Both the position numbers and the translations under genes were made by a program. This document shows positions 7,791-16,573 of a DNA stretch of 19,893 nucleotides, piece after piece. A model generated the notes under the pieces. The model did no database searches, was not told the origin of the DNA, and saw only the letters and a program-made list of their open reading frames with translations. This DNA comes from Candidatus Micrarchaeia archaeon (GTDB lineage: Archaea; Micrarchaeota; Micrarchaeia; Micrarchaeales; CABMGC01), in NCBI GenBank assembly GCA_049976305.1, contig JBMFIM010000014.1, positions 1-19,893 on the forward strand. Direction: 5' to 3'. The stretch's first letter is position 1, and each line of letters begins with the position of its first letter.

Positions 7791-8863
7791 CGCATAGTAT
7801 ATGCAAGCACGCCAGTAGCAACAAGCTCCTCGAACCATATGCTTGCTATTCTGAAGAAAATAGTTATCAATGCTGCCATACCGAATGTAACTCCCAACGG
7901 TCCAAAGAAGGCGATAAGGTAACCTAGAAGCGCGGCATCTGTAACGCCGAGAGTTCCGGGTACGCCTGTCACCATTCCCAAGAGAAGTGTCGAAGTATAA
8001 ACAAACAGCAAAGTAGGCAGATAGGTTATGCCCATATTTATGCCGAAGCTTAATATGACAAAATATAAGGCGAGGCCACTGAATATCATTGCGGGCACTG
8101 TGAAAAGCATTGCGTAAGCATAGCTTCCTATATCAAGCATCTTTTTGCTTTCGAAATAGGTATCGCCAATGTTGAAAAAGCCCTTTAGGCGCCTATACTT
8201 GTAAAGTCGTTTCTTGAGATATTTGAAAGGCTTCTCGTAGAAGATAAACACGAAGGGAATCAGCAAGAGGATGCTTATCGTTATGGATATTTCTGAATAT
8301 TTATGCACCATGAAAGCTGTTGCAAGCGCCACCACTATAAAGCCCAAGAAGTCGGTGAATATGTCTGCAACAACCGCCGGAAACGTTTGACCGAATTTCG
8401 TGTTTGTTTGCCTGTTGACAGTATATGCCACTGCTGCCCTTCCCCATCTGCCTGGAGTTATGTCCATCGCAAACATTGAAAGATAGATTAGGAAATTCCG
8501 CCTCTTTGGCAAGTGTATTTTGAGCCTTCTGAGAAAAAGATCCCATTTTGGAAATCCCACTATGTCGCTGAGAAGGACGCAGAGGAGGGCAAGGCCGTAA
8601 TAGCCTAACTTGATGGAAAGCAAACTATTCACAAACTTATCTATGCCCTCATTGATGATGGCCATTGCAGATATTACAAAGAAAATTGCAAGGCTTGCTA
8701 AGAGCACTCCCAATAGCGCAATCTTTGCCTTCCTTATCCTATCTTGCTGCTTTTTTGCAGAGCTGTCCGTACAATCAGCAAGTTTTATATTAACTAAAAC
8801 ATAAATAAAAACATGGCATGCAAAAGAAAAAGCAAAAAGACAAAGAAATAAGAGGAAATCCAT
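7781..8863 (-). CDS. Integral membrane protein, UPF0104 / lysylphosphatidylglycerol synthase TM (flippase-like) family; start uncertain
   Basis: Many hydrophobic segments, with family-like motifs KWDLFL, ITPGRWG and VPGTLGVTDAAL...FFRIASIWF. The first ~30 codons come from a T-rich tract and may not be translated. Confidence 0.82.
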   Translation of the reverse strand: MDFLLFLCLFAFSFACHVFIYVLVNIKLADCTDSSAKKQQDRIRKAKIALLGVLLASLAIFFVISAMAIINEGIDKFVNSLLSIKLGYYGLALLCVLLSDIVGFPKWDLFLRRLKIHLPKRRNFLIYLSMFAMDITPGRWGRAAVAYTVNRQTNTKFGQTFPAVVADIFTDFLGFIVVALATAFMVHKYSEISITISILLLIPFVFIFYEKPFKYLKKRLYKYRRLKGFFNIGDTYFESKKMLDIGSYAYAMLFTVPAMIFSGLALYFVILSFGINMGITYLPTLLFVYTSTLLLGMVTGVPGTLGVTDAALLGYLIAFFGPLGVTFGMAALITIFFRIASIWFEELVATGVLAYTMRYW

Positions 8864-8970
8864 TTTTAGGTAACGCCACAATACAAAAATCAAAAGGGGT
8901 TTTACTAAACGGGCATTAGAACCATATAAGTATTAAAAACCTTTTATCTCCAAATCTTATCCAAGATAAA

Positions 8971-9657
8971 ATGTACAAAGGAGCACTTGTTGTATTTGAT
9001 GGGGAAGGTGTATTGATTGATGGCGAGTTTCTTCCAGAGCTTGCAAAAAAGCTTGGGAAAGGAAAGGAGGTAGAGGAGATAACCTTCCAAGGAATACGTG
9101 GAGAAATAAAATGGGAAGACGGCTTTTACAAGCGCATAGAATTGCTCAAGGGAGCGTCGTATGAGCTGTGCTTAGATGTCGCAAACACTCTCAAACCTAT
9201 GGAGGGCGCAAAAGAGCTAGTTGAGGAACTCCATAAATTAGGCATCAAGGCCGTCATGATAACTGGCGGGTTTTCAATAGTAGCGAATAGAATAAAAGAA
9301 GAGATCGGGATAGACTTTGTTGTTGCTAACGAACTGATCTTCGAAAATGGAAAGCTTACAGGGGCAAAGCTTAATGTGAATTCAAAAAAGATAGAAGCGC
9401 TGAGGGAAATAATGAGAAAGGAAAACCTTGAAAATAGAGTCATCATTGCTGCAATCATTGATGGCGCAAACGATCTTACTTTATTTGATGATACGAGGTT
9501 AAGGATCGCATTTAACGCACAAGAAGTAGTAAAGGAAAGGGCGGACGTGATAATAGATGAGAAAGATCTTAGGAAGGCACTGCCCTACATCCGCGAAACC
9601 TATTCAGCATATGCTAGTATGCATCTAGTTAAGGTAACGGCAACAGCAAGAAAGTAG
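8971..9657 (+). CDS. serB: Phosphoserine phosphatase SerB-like HAD hydrolase
   Basis: HAD motif I FDGEGVL, cap motif ITFQGIRGEIKWEDGFYKRIELLKG, motif II ITGGF, VVANEL and motif IV DGANDL...IAFNA. Confidence 0.85.
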   Translation: MYKGALVVFDGEGVLIDGEFLPELAKKLGKGKEVEEITFQGIRGEIKWEDGFYKRIELLKGASYELCLDVANTLKPMEGAKELVEELHKLGIKAVMITGGFSIVANRIKEEIGIDFVVANELIFENGKLTGAKLNVNSKKIEALREIMRKENLENRVIIAAIIDGANDLTLFDDTRLRIAFNAQEVVKERADVIIDEKDLRKALPYIRETYSAYASMHLVKVTATARK

Positions 9658-9703
9658 GCTTACTCTTTTTATACTTCTTTTCTTAATACTTCTTCAGATA
9701 TAG

Positions 9704-10858
9704 ATGTTGGAGCTAAAAATCAAAAATCAGGTCATCTATGCGGATGACGAGTCTACCAAGTCGTTGCTCAAAAAGGGCCACTATGGAGAAGAGGGAAAAG
9801 GGTTTCTGAAGCTTTCCAAGATTGAAGGACTTTACCTTATAGACTCTAGAAATGCGACATGCAGCTCAAGCAAAGGCCCTGTCTCTTTTTTTGACATAGC
9901 CAAGGAAGCATGGAAGAGCAAGAAGTTTATTGCAAGATATTTTGCTTACAAAGATTGGCGTGATAGGGGGTTAGTAGCCATAGAGCCTGAAAGGCAATAC
10001 GAACAGCCGCAAGAAAATCCGATAAAGAAGTATCCGGCGATCGAGCTTAAGTTGCCAAGCTACCAATTGCATGGAGTATTTTTTAAGTCAGACATGGTTA
10101 GCATAATTGAAGAAGACGATAAGGGCAAGGATATTTACGAGAAATACTGGTTTGGTCAATATGGCTCATATAAGGCCCCGGATAGAGGAAGGCTAAACAA
10201 GCTAGACGTGTATGAAACGCTATTCCTAATTGACCAAGGCATACTCACAATTTACAATGCTACAAAGGAGGAAGTTCTAAACTTAGCTTCGAAAAGGCAC
10301 CCTAACTTCCGAAGTCTTTATGATGTTTATTTTGATTGGCGTAGCAAGGGATATGTAGTAAAAACGGGATTTAAATTTGGCACAAACTTCAGAATATATT
10401 TTCCAGGTGCAAAGCCGGGAAATGGGCCCGATAAGAAGTGGATGCATTCTAAGCACGTGCTCCACGTATTTCCAAAAAACACTAAGCTGCTAATATCAGA
10501 ATGGGCCAGGGCCATAAGGGTAGCGCATTCGGTAAAGAAGACCTTCTTGCTAGCATTGCCCGGCGCATCCAATCGTACGGGTGCCAACATCGATTTTGTT
10601 CTTTATCACAGGCACGGAGGAGAGGCGGATGACCCTGCAACAAGCCCTCCAAAATTCGCGATGCTCACTCTCGGCGAGGAAGAGTACCTTGGCGGTGACG
10701 TCCTTGCACGCACAATAGAAGAAGCTACAAAGAGGAAGCTGGAGCTACTTCTTGCAATAGTAGATCGCGAGACTGCTGTAACCTATTACATGGTTAGGAG
10801 GATACTACTGCCAAAAAGCAAGAACGAATATTATGAGATAGATTGGCTCCAGCCTTGA
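9704..10858 (+). CDS. endA: tRNA-intron (splicing) endonuclease, three-unit ARMAN/epsilon2 type
   Basis: Two EndA N-terminal units (LSKIEGLYL...AYKDWRDRG; LDVYETLFL...VYFDWRSKGYVVKTGFKFG), catalytic region RIY...HSKH...RVAHSVKKT, and C-terminal unit LLLAIVDRETAVTYY...EIDW. Confidence 0.93.
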   Translation: MLELKIKNQVIYADDESTKSLLKKGHYGEEGKGFLKLSKIEGLYLIDSRNATCSSSKGPVSFFDIAKEAWKSKKFIARYFAYKDWRDRGLVAIEPERQYEQPQENPIKKYPAIELKLPSYQLHGVFFKSDMVSIIEEDDKGKDIYEKYWFGQYGSYKAPDRGRLNKLDVYETLFLIDQGILTIYNATKEEVLNLASKRHPNFRSLYDVYFDWRSKGYVVKTGFKFGTNFRIYFPGAKPGNGPDKKWMHSKHVLHVFPKNTKLLISEWARAIRVAHSVKKTFLLALPGASNRTGANIDFVLYHRHGGEADDPATSPPKFAMLTLGEEEYLGGDVLARTIEEATKRKLELLLAIVDRETAVTYYMVRRILLPKSKNEYYEIDWLQP

Positions 10859-10926
10859 AGTAGCTATCCAGAAGCTATAGATAACTTTTAAATATTTGAC
10901 AGCTAAAAAACCTATCAGGGCGATAG

Positions 10927-11211
10927 GTGAAAAACATGCTCCTCTCCGAACTAATGAGGATGGATATATATAGCGACGCAGGGCAATACCTTGGTGAAGT
11001 GCAGGACATAATTTTAGACTTGGAAAAGGGAGAAGTTAGCAGACTCTTGATGGTCCCTTGGAAGAGCGCAAAGGGCGACGTGAGGACGGTTCTGCGACAG
11101 AAAAGCATTCTCTATAAAAGCGTAAAGAACGTAGGCGACGTAGTATTGGTATCAGCGCCTACTGTCCCGCAGGAAGCTACAAAAGAAGAGGCTGCTGATC
11201 TTTCAAGATAG
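10927..11211 (+). CDS. PRC-barrel domain protein
   Basis: LSELMRMDIYSDAGQYLGEVQDIILDLEKGEV...ILYKSVKNVGDVVLV is the typical archaeal stand-alone PRC barrel pattern. TATA-like TTTTAAAT near 10886-10893. Confidence 0.9.
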   Translation: MKNMLLSELMRMDIYSDAGQYLGEVQDIILDLEKGEVSRLLMVPWKSAKGDVRTVLRQKSILYKSVKNVGDVVLVSAPTVPQEATKEEAADLSR

Positions 11212-11216
11212 CAATC

Positions 11217-11696
11217 ATGGACTCTTATGACTCTTGGGCTAGAAACTTCAAGGCAACTATAGACGAAGTTCTAGCCCTTTATGAACCACGAAATGCAAAT
11301 TTAGAAGGCATAATTAGCAGTCTCAATGCTGAGTTTTGGGGCAAGTTCAAAAGGCCTGAAGATTTAGAAGGTTTTTCAGACGACCTGTTTTTTGAAAAGA
11401 TTGCCCAGCTAGCTCTAAATAGTGCTGAAAAGACAACAGGAAAAGATGCAAAAGAAATTGCAAACTCCTGCTATGAACTTGGATTAAAGAAAAACAAAGA
11501 TTATGGTGCCGATAACATTCTAAAGTTTGGCACCATGGGGTTGATAGTGAGGATTGGAGATAAGATAAACAGGCTTAACAACCTTATGAAGAATGGAACT
11601 GCTGCTGTTGCTGAAGAGAAGCTTGTAGACACTATAGAGGACATCTTCAATTATGCGGTATATGGCATAATGCTAAGCAGAGGAAAATGGTTCTAG
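11217..11696 (+). CDS. DUF1599 / nucleotide-modification-associated domain 1 (all-alpha NTP pyrophosphohydrolase-like) protein with N-terminal extension
   Basis: The C-terminal half carries KKNKDYG...GLIVRIGDKINRLNNL...E..VDTIEDIFNYAVY. Starts 5 nt after the PRC-barrel stop. Confidence 0.8.
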   Translation: MDSYDSWARNFKATIDEVLALYEPRNANLEGIISSLNAEFWGKFKRPEDLEGFSDDLFFEKIAQLALNSAEKTTGKDAKEIANSCYELGLKKNKDYGADNILKFGTMGLIVRIGDKINRLNNLMKNGTAAVAEEKLVDTIEDIFNYAVYGIMLSRGKWF

Positions 11697-11705
11697 GAAT
11701 TGCAG

Positions 11706-11721
11706 CAAAAAGATTTAAACC
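11706..11721 (+). promoter_or_regulatory. Putative BRE/TATA promoter of the 311-aa orphan gene
   Basis: CAAAAGATTTAAAC lies about 28 nt upstream of ATG 11749, with a GGGAG RBS-like site at 11740-11744. Confidence 0.55.
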
Positions 11722-11748
11722 AGTACGACAAATTTTCTTAGGGAGAAC

Positions 11749-12684
11749 ATGGAAAAAGAAAAACCGCTAAGTTCAGATTTTCTTCCATTGGAAAGGAGAG
11801 AGATTGGAAAGGGAACAGATGAGCAAAGAGTAGTAGCCTATCTGCTAGACCTTTTTGGAATTTCATTAAAAGAAAGTCTAATAGTATATAATGAAACAAG
11901 CATGATGGTTACCTTCACTTCGACCAATAAGAAAGATGAATATACTGAAGTTCTTTTTGCAAGAAAGGAGGGCACAGAAATACGTGATCCTGTTTACATA
12001 CGTTTTGACCCTGAATCGGATGAAGGCACGCCCTCAGTATATATGTTAAAAGATGGAGAAGTAGAACAGGTTAGCAAGGAAAATTGCTATGTATTTACAA
12101 CCAATAGTTTATCAACCAACAAGGAAGTCGGCATAATAATTAAAACAGGGGAAGCCACAGGCCTTGTTTATTTCTATTTTGAACTTGAAATGGAGGGAGA
12201 CGAAGAAACCATTAACGTTCCTGCCCTTCTAGCCACGCCTTTCGATTCTCTCGGAAAGATTGATAAAAGGACAGCTCAAAAATTGAAAAGGGCGGTAGAA
12301 AAAGGATTTAGAGAAGGTGGACCTACTGGAAGCCTAATTTCGCTCTCCGAAGCAGTAAACGAATATATTATAAAAAATAACTTCGTAGATTGTGGTGTCA
12401 TATGTTCTTTCGGCGGCTATGAAGGGCATACTGATTATTTAACGAATGGTATAGAACATCCGGAGCTATTCCCATATATTTTTGTTGTTCCTTTATCTGT
12501 AGGGGATAAGAGGAGCTCTAGAGCGATTAAGGAGATAATACCTCCTCCGCCGTCAATTAAAGAAGGGAAGAAGAATAAAAGAATATGGGAGAATGTAGTA
12601 TTCCGGGTTCAGAATTTGCCACAAGAAGTTAAAGCGCGTAACATAGATGACAAACCAAACTCTTCTAATAGTATTTATTCATAA
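11749..12684 (+). CDS. Hypothetical protein (311 aa), no recognisable family
   Basis: Long AT-rich ORF with its own promoter and RBS. Acidic beta-rich N-terminal region and Pro/Lys-rich C-terminal tail. Confidence 0.8.
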   Translation: MEKEKPLSSDFLPLERREIGKGTDEQRVVAYLLDLFGISLKESLIVYNETSMMVTFTSTNKKDEYTEVLFARKEGTEIRDPVYIRFDPESDEGTPSVYMLKDGEVEQVSKENCYVFTTNSLSTNKEVGIIIKTGEATGLVYFYFELEMEGDEETINVPALLATPFDSLGKIDKRTAQKLKRAVEKGFREGGPTGSLISLSEAVNEYIIKNNFVDCGVICSFGGYEGHTDYLTNGIEHPELFPYIFVVPLSVGDKRSSRAIKEIIPPPPSIKEGKKNKRIWENVVFRVQNLPQEVKARNIDDKPNSSNSIYS

Positions 12685-12732
12685 AGGCAAATAGTAGTAA
12701 GGCATAAAAATTAGGGGTTTCATACTTAAATC

Positions 12733-15207
12733 ATGGTGGCGGATTCTACTATTCACTATAGTGCTGAGCGAATCGCTGATGCATTAAAAGACAGAAACGT
12801 GGAAATAAGAGCCCCTATCACTAAAATGCATCAGGCAAATAAGCTAGCAATCGACGCCATAAAAGAATATGCTAGAAGGAATGGCATTACGTCTAATGAG
12901 ATACTTATTTTAGCATCAAATAACAGCTGGAAAGAGTTCGCAAGAGAGCGGCTATCACCAGATTTTGATGGTGCTGAGATAATAACGCCATACGAACTTT
13001 TAGCCAGGGCTTCTCGCAAAGAAAAAGTAATGAATGATTTGTTGTTTATACTCGCTTATAAAGTTCTGCCAAAGCACATGGAGGAAACAGTAAAAATGGA
13101 AACCGCAAAGGAAATGGTGAACGTGCTACATACTCTTGTGGAACAGAAGATCGATCCTGATATTATAAGAACGCCGAAATTTAAAGAGGCGTTTATTGAA
13201 TTTATTAAGGAGAACAAAGTCTATCTGAAAAATTCTTATACCTACCAATTAGGAGAATTTGATGCCGAAGCTTTTCTGGAGCGTTTTATAAATTTCTTGG
13301 ATCAGTATGAGGCGCTCAACCAACAAAGTTACCATGATAGCACTAGCCTAGCCAGCATAAGGCTAGATGCGAAGATAATTGCGGTGTTAAACATAAGCGA
13401 CTTGCCACCATTGCAACAGGAGATTTTGAGCAGGGAAAGAAACTCAAAGAAAATGATTTATACTTCTTCAAATGATTCAATTTACTCCTTTTCTGGGGCC
13501 GATCCTACGCTAAAATCAATGGGTACGGAAAACGTAGACTACTATTGTAAAACGGAAATTTTCAATCTTCCATCAGAAAAGCCAGAACAACAAACAAAAG
13601 AAGGAATAAAAGCAAGGGATTTAGTATATGGTGCGGTGGAAACAGTAAACGAAATGTTCAAAAGCACACCAGAAGGGCCAGTAGCAGTGATGGCCTCTTC
13701 AAACTATTTGGCATGGTCTATAGCTGAAGAGCTGAAGCGCTTAGGAATACCATATACTGCCTTTCTTTCCATACCAACTCACGAAGGAATAAAAGAAGAG
13801 TTTATAAACTTTGTAAAGGGGTTGCTCTCCTCCGATAAAGATACGCAAACACTGCTCAACGCGATCTACAACGCTTTCTCGCCGATATCTGTTAATGATT
13901 ATCTTAATCATAAAGACGAATTTTTATCAGGGAAAAAGGTCAAAGCATTTGAACCATTTTTTGAACTACGAAAAAGGGCGGAAAATAAGGAAGGATTGCT
14001 AGAAGTAGTTAAAGAAGCCATAGAAAGACTTGAAAAAGCCACAAAAGATATTAAAGTAATAAAAACAGCCTACACAATGCTTGAAAGATTAAAGAACTAC
14101 AGTCCAAATTCAGGAATAGATTTGATTACTTGGCTAGAAGCTGAGGAAGTATCAGAAAATTATATAGTCCCGGGACCTCAAAATCTGGTAGTAGGAACGC
14201 CTTACAAGATACTTGGTATTGCTAATTTTCATACAATTATTTATGTTGTTTCCCATCCTAGAGAAAGCATCAGCATTGGAGAGGCTATAACAGGAGTTGC
14301 ATGGCGTATTTCTAACAAAAGTACCAAGCAAGAAAGCATAACTTCACTTCTATCAGCTACAGGGGCTGAAAGAGTAATTTTTGTAGCTGCAAACTATGAG
14401 ACGCTATACAGGCTTGGTCCAATGCAGAAAATAACGAGAAGTGAAAACTATATCGAGACTGAGCGCTCACTACTAAGCGAGGTGCGGGAGTATATCCGAA
14501 ACTATCTCGCTAGGCTTACAGGAATCCACTATTCCTTCCTCAGCTTAATGGAAAAGCCGATCGATCTCTATCGAGAAATATTAGGAGTAAGGCAATCTTC
14601 GCTACTTTCTGAACTCGGCGATAAAGTACATGAAGCACTTGCACAAGGCAAAAAATCAGAAGAAGTTGATGAGGACATTAGGCCGTTTATCAAAAATGCC
14701 GAAGAGCTTATGAAACAGCTTCGGCAGGAGGGCTATGAAGTAATAGGCAGGGAGAAGCGGATAGCAGTAAATTATGCAGATTTCGCCAAAAAGTTAGGAA
14801 TTACACACATAAATCAAACAAACCAAAAGGACTTTGTAGACGCCCATGGAACTATAGACTGCATCATGAAAAAGGGAGATGAGTACCTGATAATAGATTA
14901 CAAAACAGGCCAGAGCACTTATTTTGACGAATATTATTACATGCAGCTTGCATTCTACAGGCTTCTTCTAGCAATTTCTGAAGGGGTCGAAATCAGCAAA
15001 ATAAAGATGGCAATACTCCATATAGGCCTGAGAGGGCCGTTTGAAGACACTGCTAATGCAAAGTCAGAAATCGTAGTGATGAGTGAGCAGGACTATGAAA
15101 AAGCCTTGGATGGTCTACGCAGGCTGTTTGCAAAGCTTTATGAGTATCGCAGAAATCCAGATGCGCTTATTGGGAAAATAGAAATGGCGCTAGCTAGAAG
15201 GAGCTAG
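12733..15207 (+). CDS. Degenerate UvrD/AddB-like SF1 helicase fold fused to a PD-(D/E)XK (RecB-family) nuclease
   Basis: C-terminal nuclease motifs GDKVHEAL, EKRI, GTIDCI, LIIDYKTG and QLAFY. N-terminal SF1 motif remnants DLPPLQQEIL, DSIYSFSGADP and VAVMASSN...LKRLGIPY, with no Walker A. Confidence 0.85.
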   Translation: MVADSTIHYSAERIADALKDRNVEIRAPITKMHQANKLAIDAIKEYARRNGITSNEILILASNNSWKEFARERLSPDFDGAEIITPYELLARASRKEKVMNDLLFILAYKVLPKHMEETVKMETAKEMVNVLHTLVEQKIDPDIIRTPKFKEAFIEFIKENKVYLKNSYTYQLGEFDAEAFLERFINFLDQYEALNQQSYHDSTSLASIRLDAKIIAVLNISDLPPLQQEILSRERNSKKMIYTSSNDSIYSFSGADPTLKSMGTENVDYYCKTEIFNLPSEKPEQQTKEGIKARDLVYGAVETVNEMFKSTPEGPVAVMASSNYLAWSIAEELKRLGIPYTAFLSIPTHEGIKEEFINFVKGLLSSDKDTQTLLNAIYNAFSPISVNDYLNHKDEFLSGKKVKAFEPFFELRKRAENKEGLLEVVKEAIERLEKATKDIKVIKTAYTMLERLKNYSPNSGIDLITWLEAEEVSENYIVPGPQNLVVGTPYKILGIANFHTIIYVVSHPRESISIGEAITGVAWRISNKSTKQESITSLLSATGAERVIFVAANYETLYRLGPMQKITRSENYIETERSLLSEVREYIRNYLARLTGIHYSFLSLMEKPIDLYREILGVRQSSLLSELGDKVHEALAQGKKSEEVDEDIRPFIKNAEELMKQLRQEGYEVIGREKRIAVNYADFAKKLGITHINQTNQKDFVDAHGTIDCIMKKGDEYLIIDYKTGQSTYFDEYYYMQLAFYRLLLAISEGVEISKIKMAILHIGLRGPFEDTANAKSEIVVMSEQDYEKALDGLRRLFAKLYEYRRNPDALIGKIEMALARRS

Positions 15208-16470
15208 TTTGCCTATGATTCTTTTTTCTATCTTTAGATACCTTCGTAGAATTGAGACAGTGTTCTTTTTCTCATAAGCCGGATCCAGATTAAACTTGGC
15301 TATTCCTCTCTTTACCGCATTTTCCACAACAGCTGAAGCCACAGTGCTTGCTATTTTTATTACATCTCTGTCATTGCTCACCGAAGGTATTATGAATTCT
15401 GGGCTAAGCCTTCTTCCGACAGTCTTCGCTAAGGCTTTTGCAACATGCGCAAGAAGCTCGTAGTCTACTTTCTTTGCACCGCAGTCGAGCAGACCCCTCA
15501 TCACGCCGGGAAACACCAGCAAGTTGTTGACTTGGTTTGGCGTGTCGCTACGGCCTGTTGCAACTATGTATGCGCTTGCATCCTTCGCTTCCTCATAACT
15601 AATCTCGGGCACAGGGTTTGCAAGCGCAAAAACAATGGGCTTAGGGTTCATTGCCTTTATCATCTCTTTGGTAAAGGCCCCTGCAGTTGATACGCCTATA
15701 AGCACATCCGCTCCTTTTACAGCTTCAGTAAGGGAAAGCGGCGAGCTGGCAGGACTAGCATTCGCTATTTCCTCTTTGAGCTCGTTCATGCGCTCTTTTC
15801 TACCTTTGTAAAGCAGACCCTGAGAATCAAATACATATACTTGCCTGGCTCCCAGTACAGTAAGTAGCTTGAAAATGCCGTAGCCTGCTGAGCCTGCACC
15901 GTTTATTACTATCTTTACATCCTCAAGCTTGCTGTTTCTCAGCTTGAGTGCGTTAAGAAGCGCTGCGGCAACAACCGTCGCTGTGCCATATTGGTCGTCG
16001 TGGAATACAGGTATGTCGAGTAGCTGCGTAAGCCTGTTTACTATTCTTACCGCCTTGGGCGTTTCTATATCTTCTATGTTTATGCCGCCAAAAGAAGGGG
16101 CTATGTTCTGTACAAACTTCGCTATCTCATTCTCATCGGTTGTGGCTATGCAAAGCGGCACGGCGTCTACTCCGCCAAGCCTCTTGAAAAGAAGCGCCTT
16201 ACCCTCCATTACAGGCATACCAGCCTCTGGACCCACATTGCCAAGGCCCAATATCCTGGTGCCATCAGTTACTATTGCTATGGTATTTTGCCTGTTTGTA
16301 TATACGTACGACTTTTCCTTGTCCTCCTTTATTGCCTGCGTTACATACGCTACTCCTGGGGTATAGAAGATTGACAGGTCCTCTTTTGTGGAAGCCCTTA
16401 CCTTAGGCATTATCTCTATCTTTCCCTTATACTTTTTATGCAACTCCAGCGCTTCATCTGCGTTTACCAT
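15190..16470 (-). CDS. mae: NAD(P)-dependent malic enzyme (prokaryotic small type)
   Basis: LSIFYTPGVA, VTDGTRILGLGNVGPEAGMPVMEGKA, GGINIEDI, PVFHDDQYGTA, INGAGSAG, FALANPVPEI and ATGRSDTPNQVNN. Confidence 0.96.
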   Translation of the reverse strand: MVNADEALELHKKYKGKIEIMPKVRASTKEDLSIFYTPGVAYVTQAIKEDKEKSYVYTNRQNTIAIVTDGTRILGLGNVGPEAGMPVMEGKALLFKRLGGVDAVPLCIATTDENEIAKFVQNIAPSFGGINIEDIETPKAVRIVNRLTQLLDIPVFHDDQYGTATVVAAALLNALKLRNSKLEDVKIVINGAGSAGYGIFKLLTVLGARQVYVFDSQGLLYKGRKERMNELKEEIANASPASSPLSLTEAVKGADVLIGVSTAGAFTKEMIKAMNPKPIVFALANPVPEISYEEAKDASAYIVATGRSDTPNQVNNLLVFPGVMRGLLDCGAKKVDYELLAHVAKALAKTVGRRLSPEFIIPSVSNDRDVIKIASTVASAVVENAVKRGIAKFNLDPAYEKKNTVSILRRYLKIEKRIIGKLAPSS

Positions 16471-16573
16471 ATTACCGGGTTATAATTTTTGACACAAAGA
16501 TATTTTAGCTTTATTAGCGGCTAGGCGTTACAGAATGCACAGCAGAAAGCCCACAATCTCAATCATAGGGATG

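Noticed and set aside
8864..8893. Extended N-terminus of the membrane protein ORF from 8893
   Set aside because: It runs into the AT-rich divergent promoter region and has no supporting RBS, so it is probably not translated.
14520..15207. Nuclease domain as Cas4
   Set aside because: No Cas4 Fe-S cysteine pattern, it is fused to an SF1-like body, and there is no CRISPR context.
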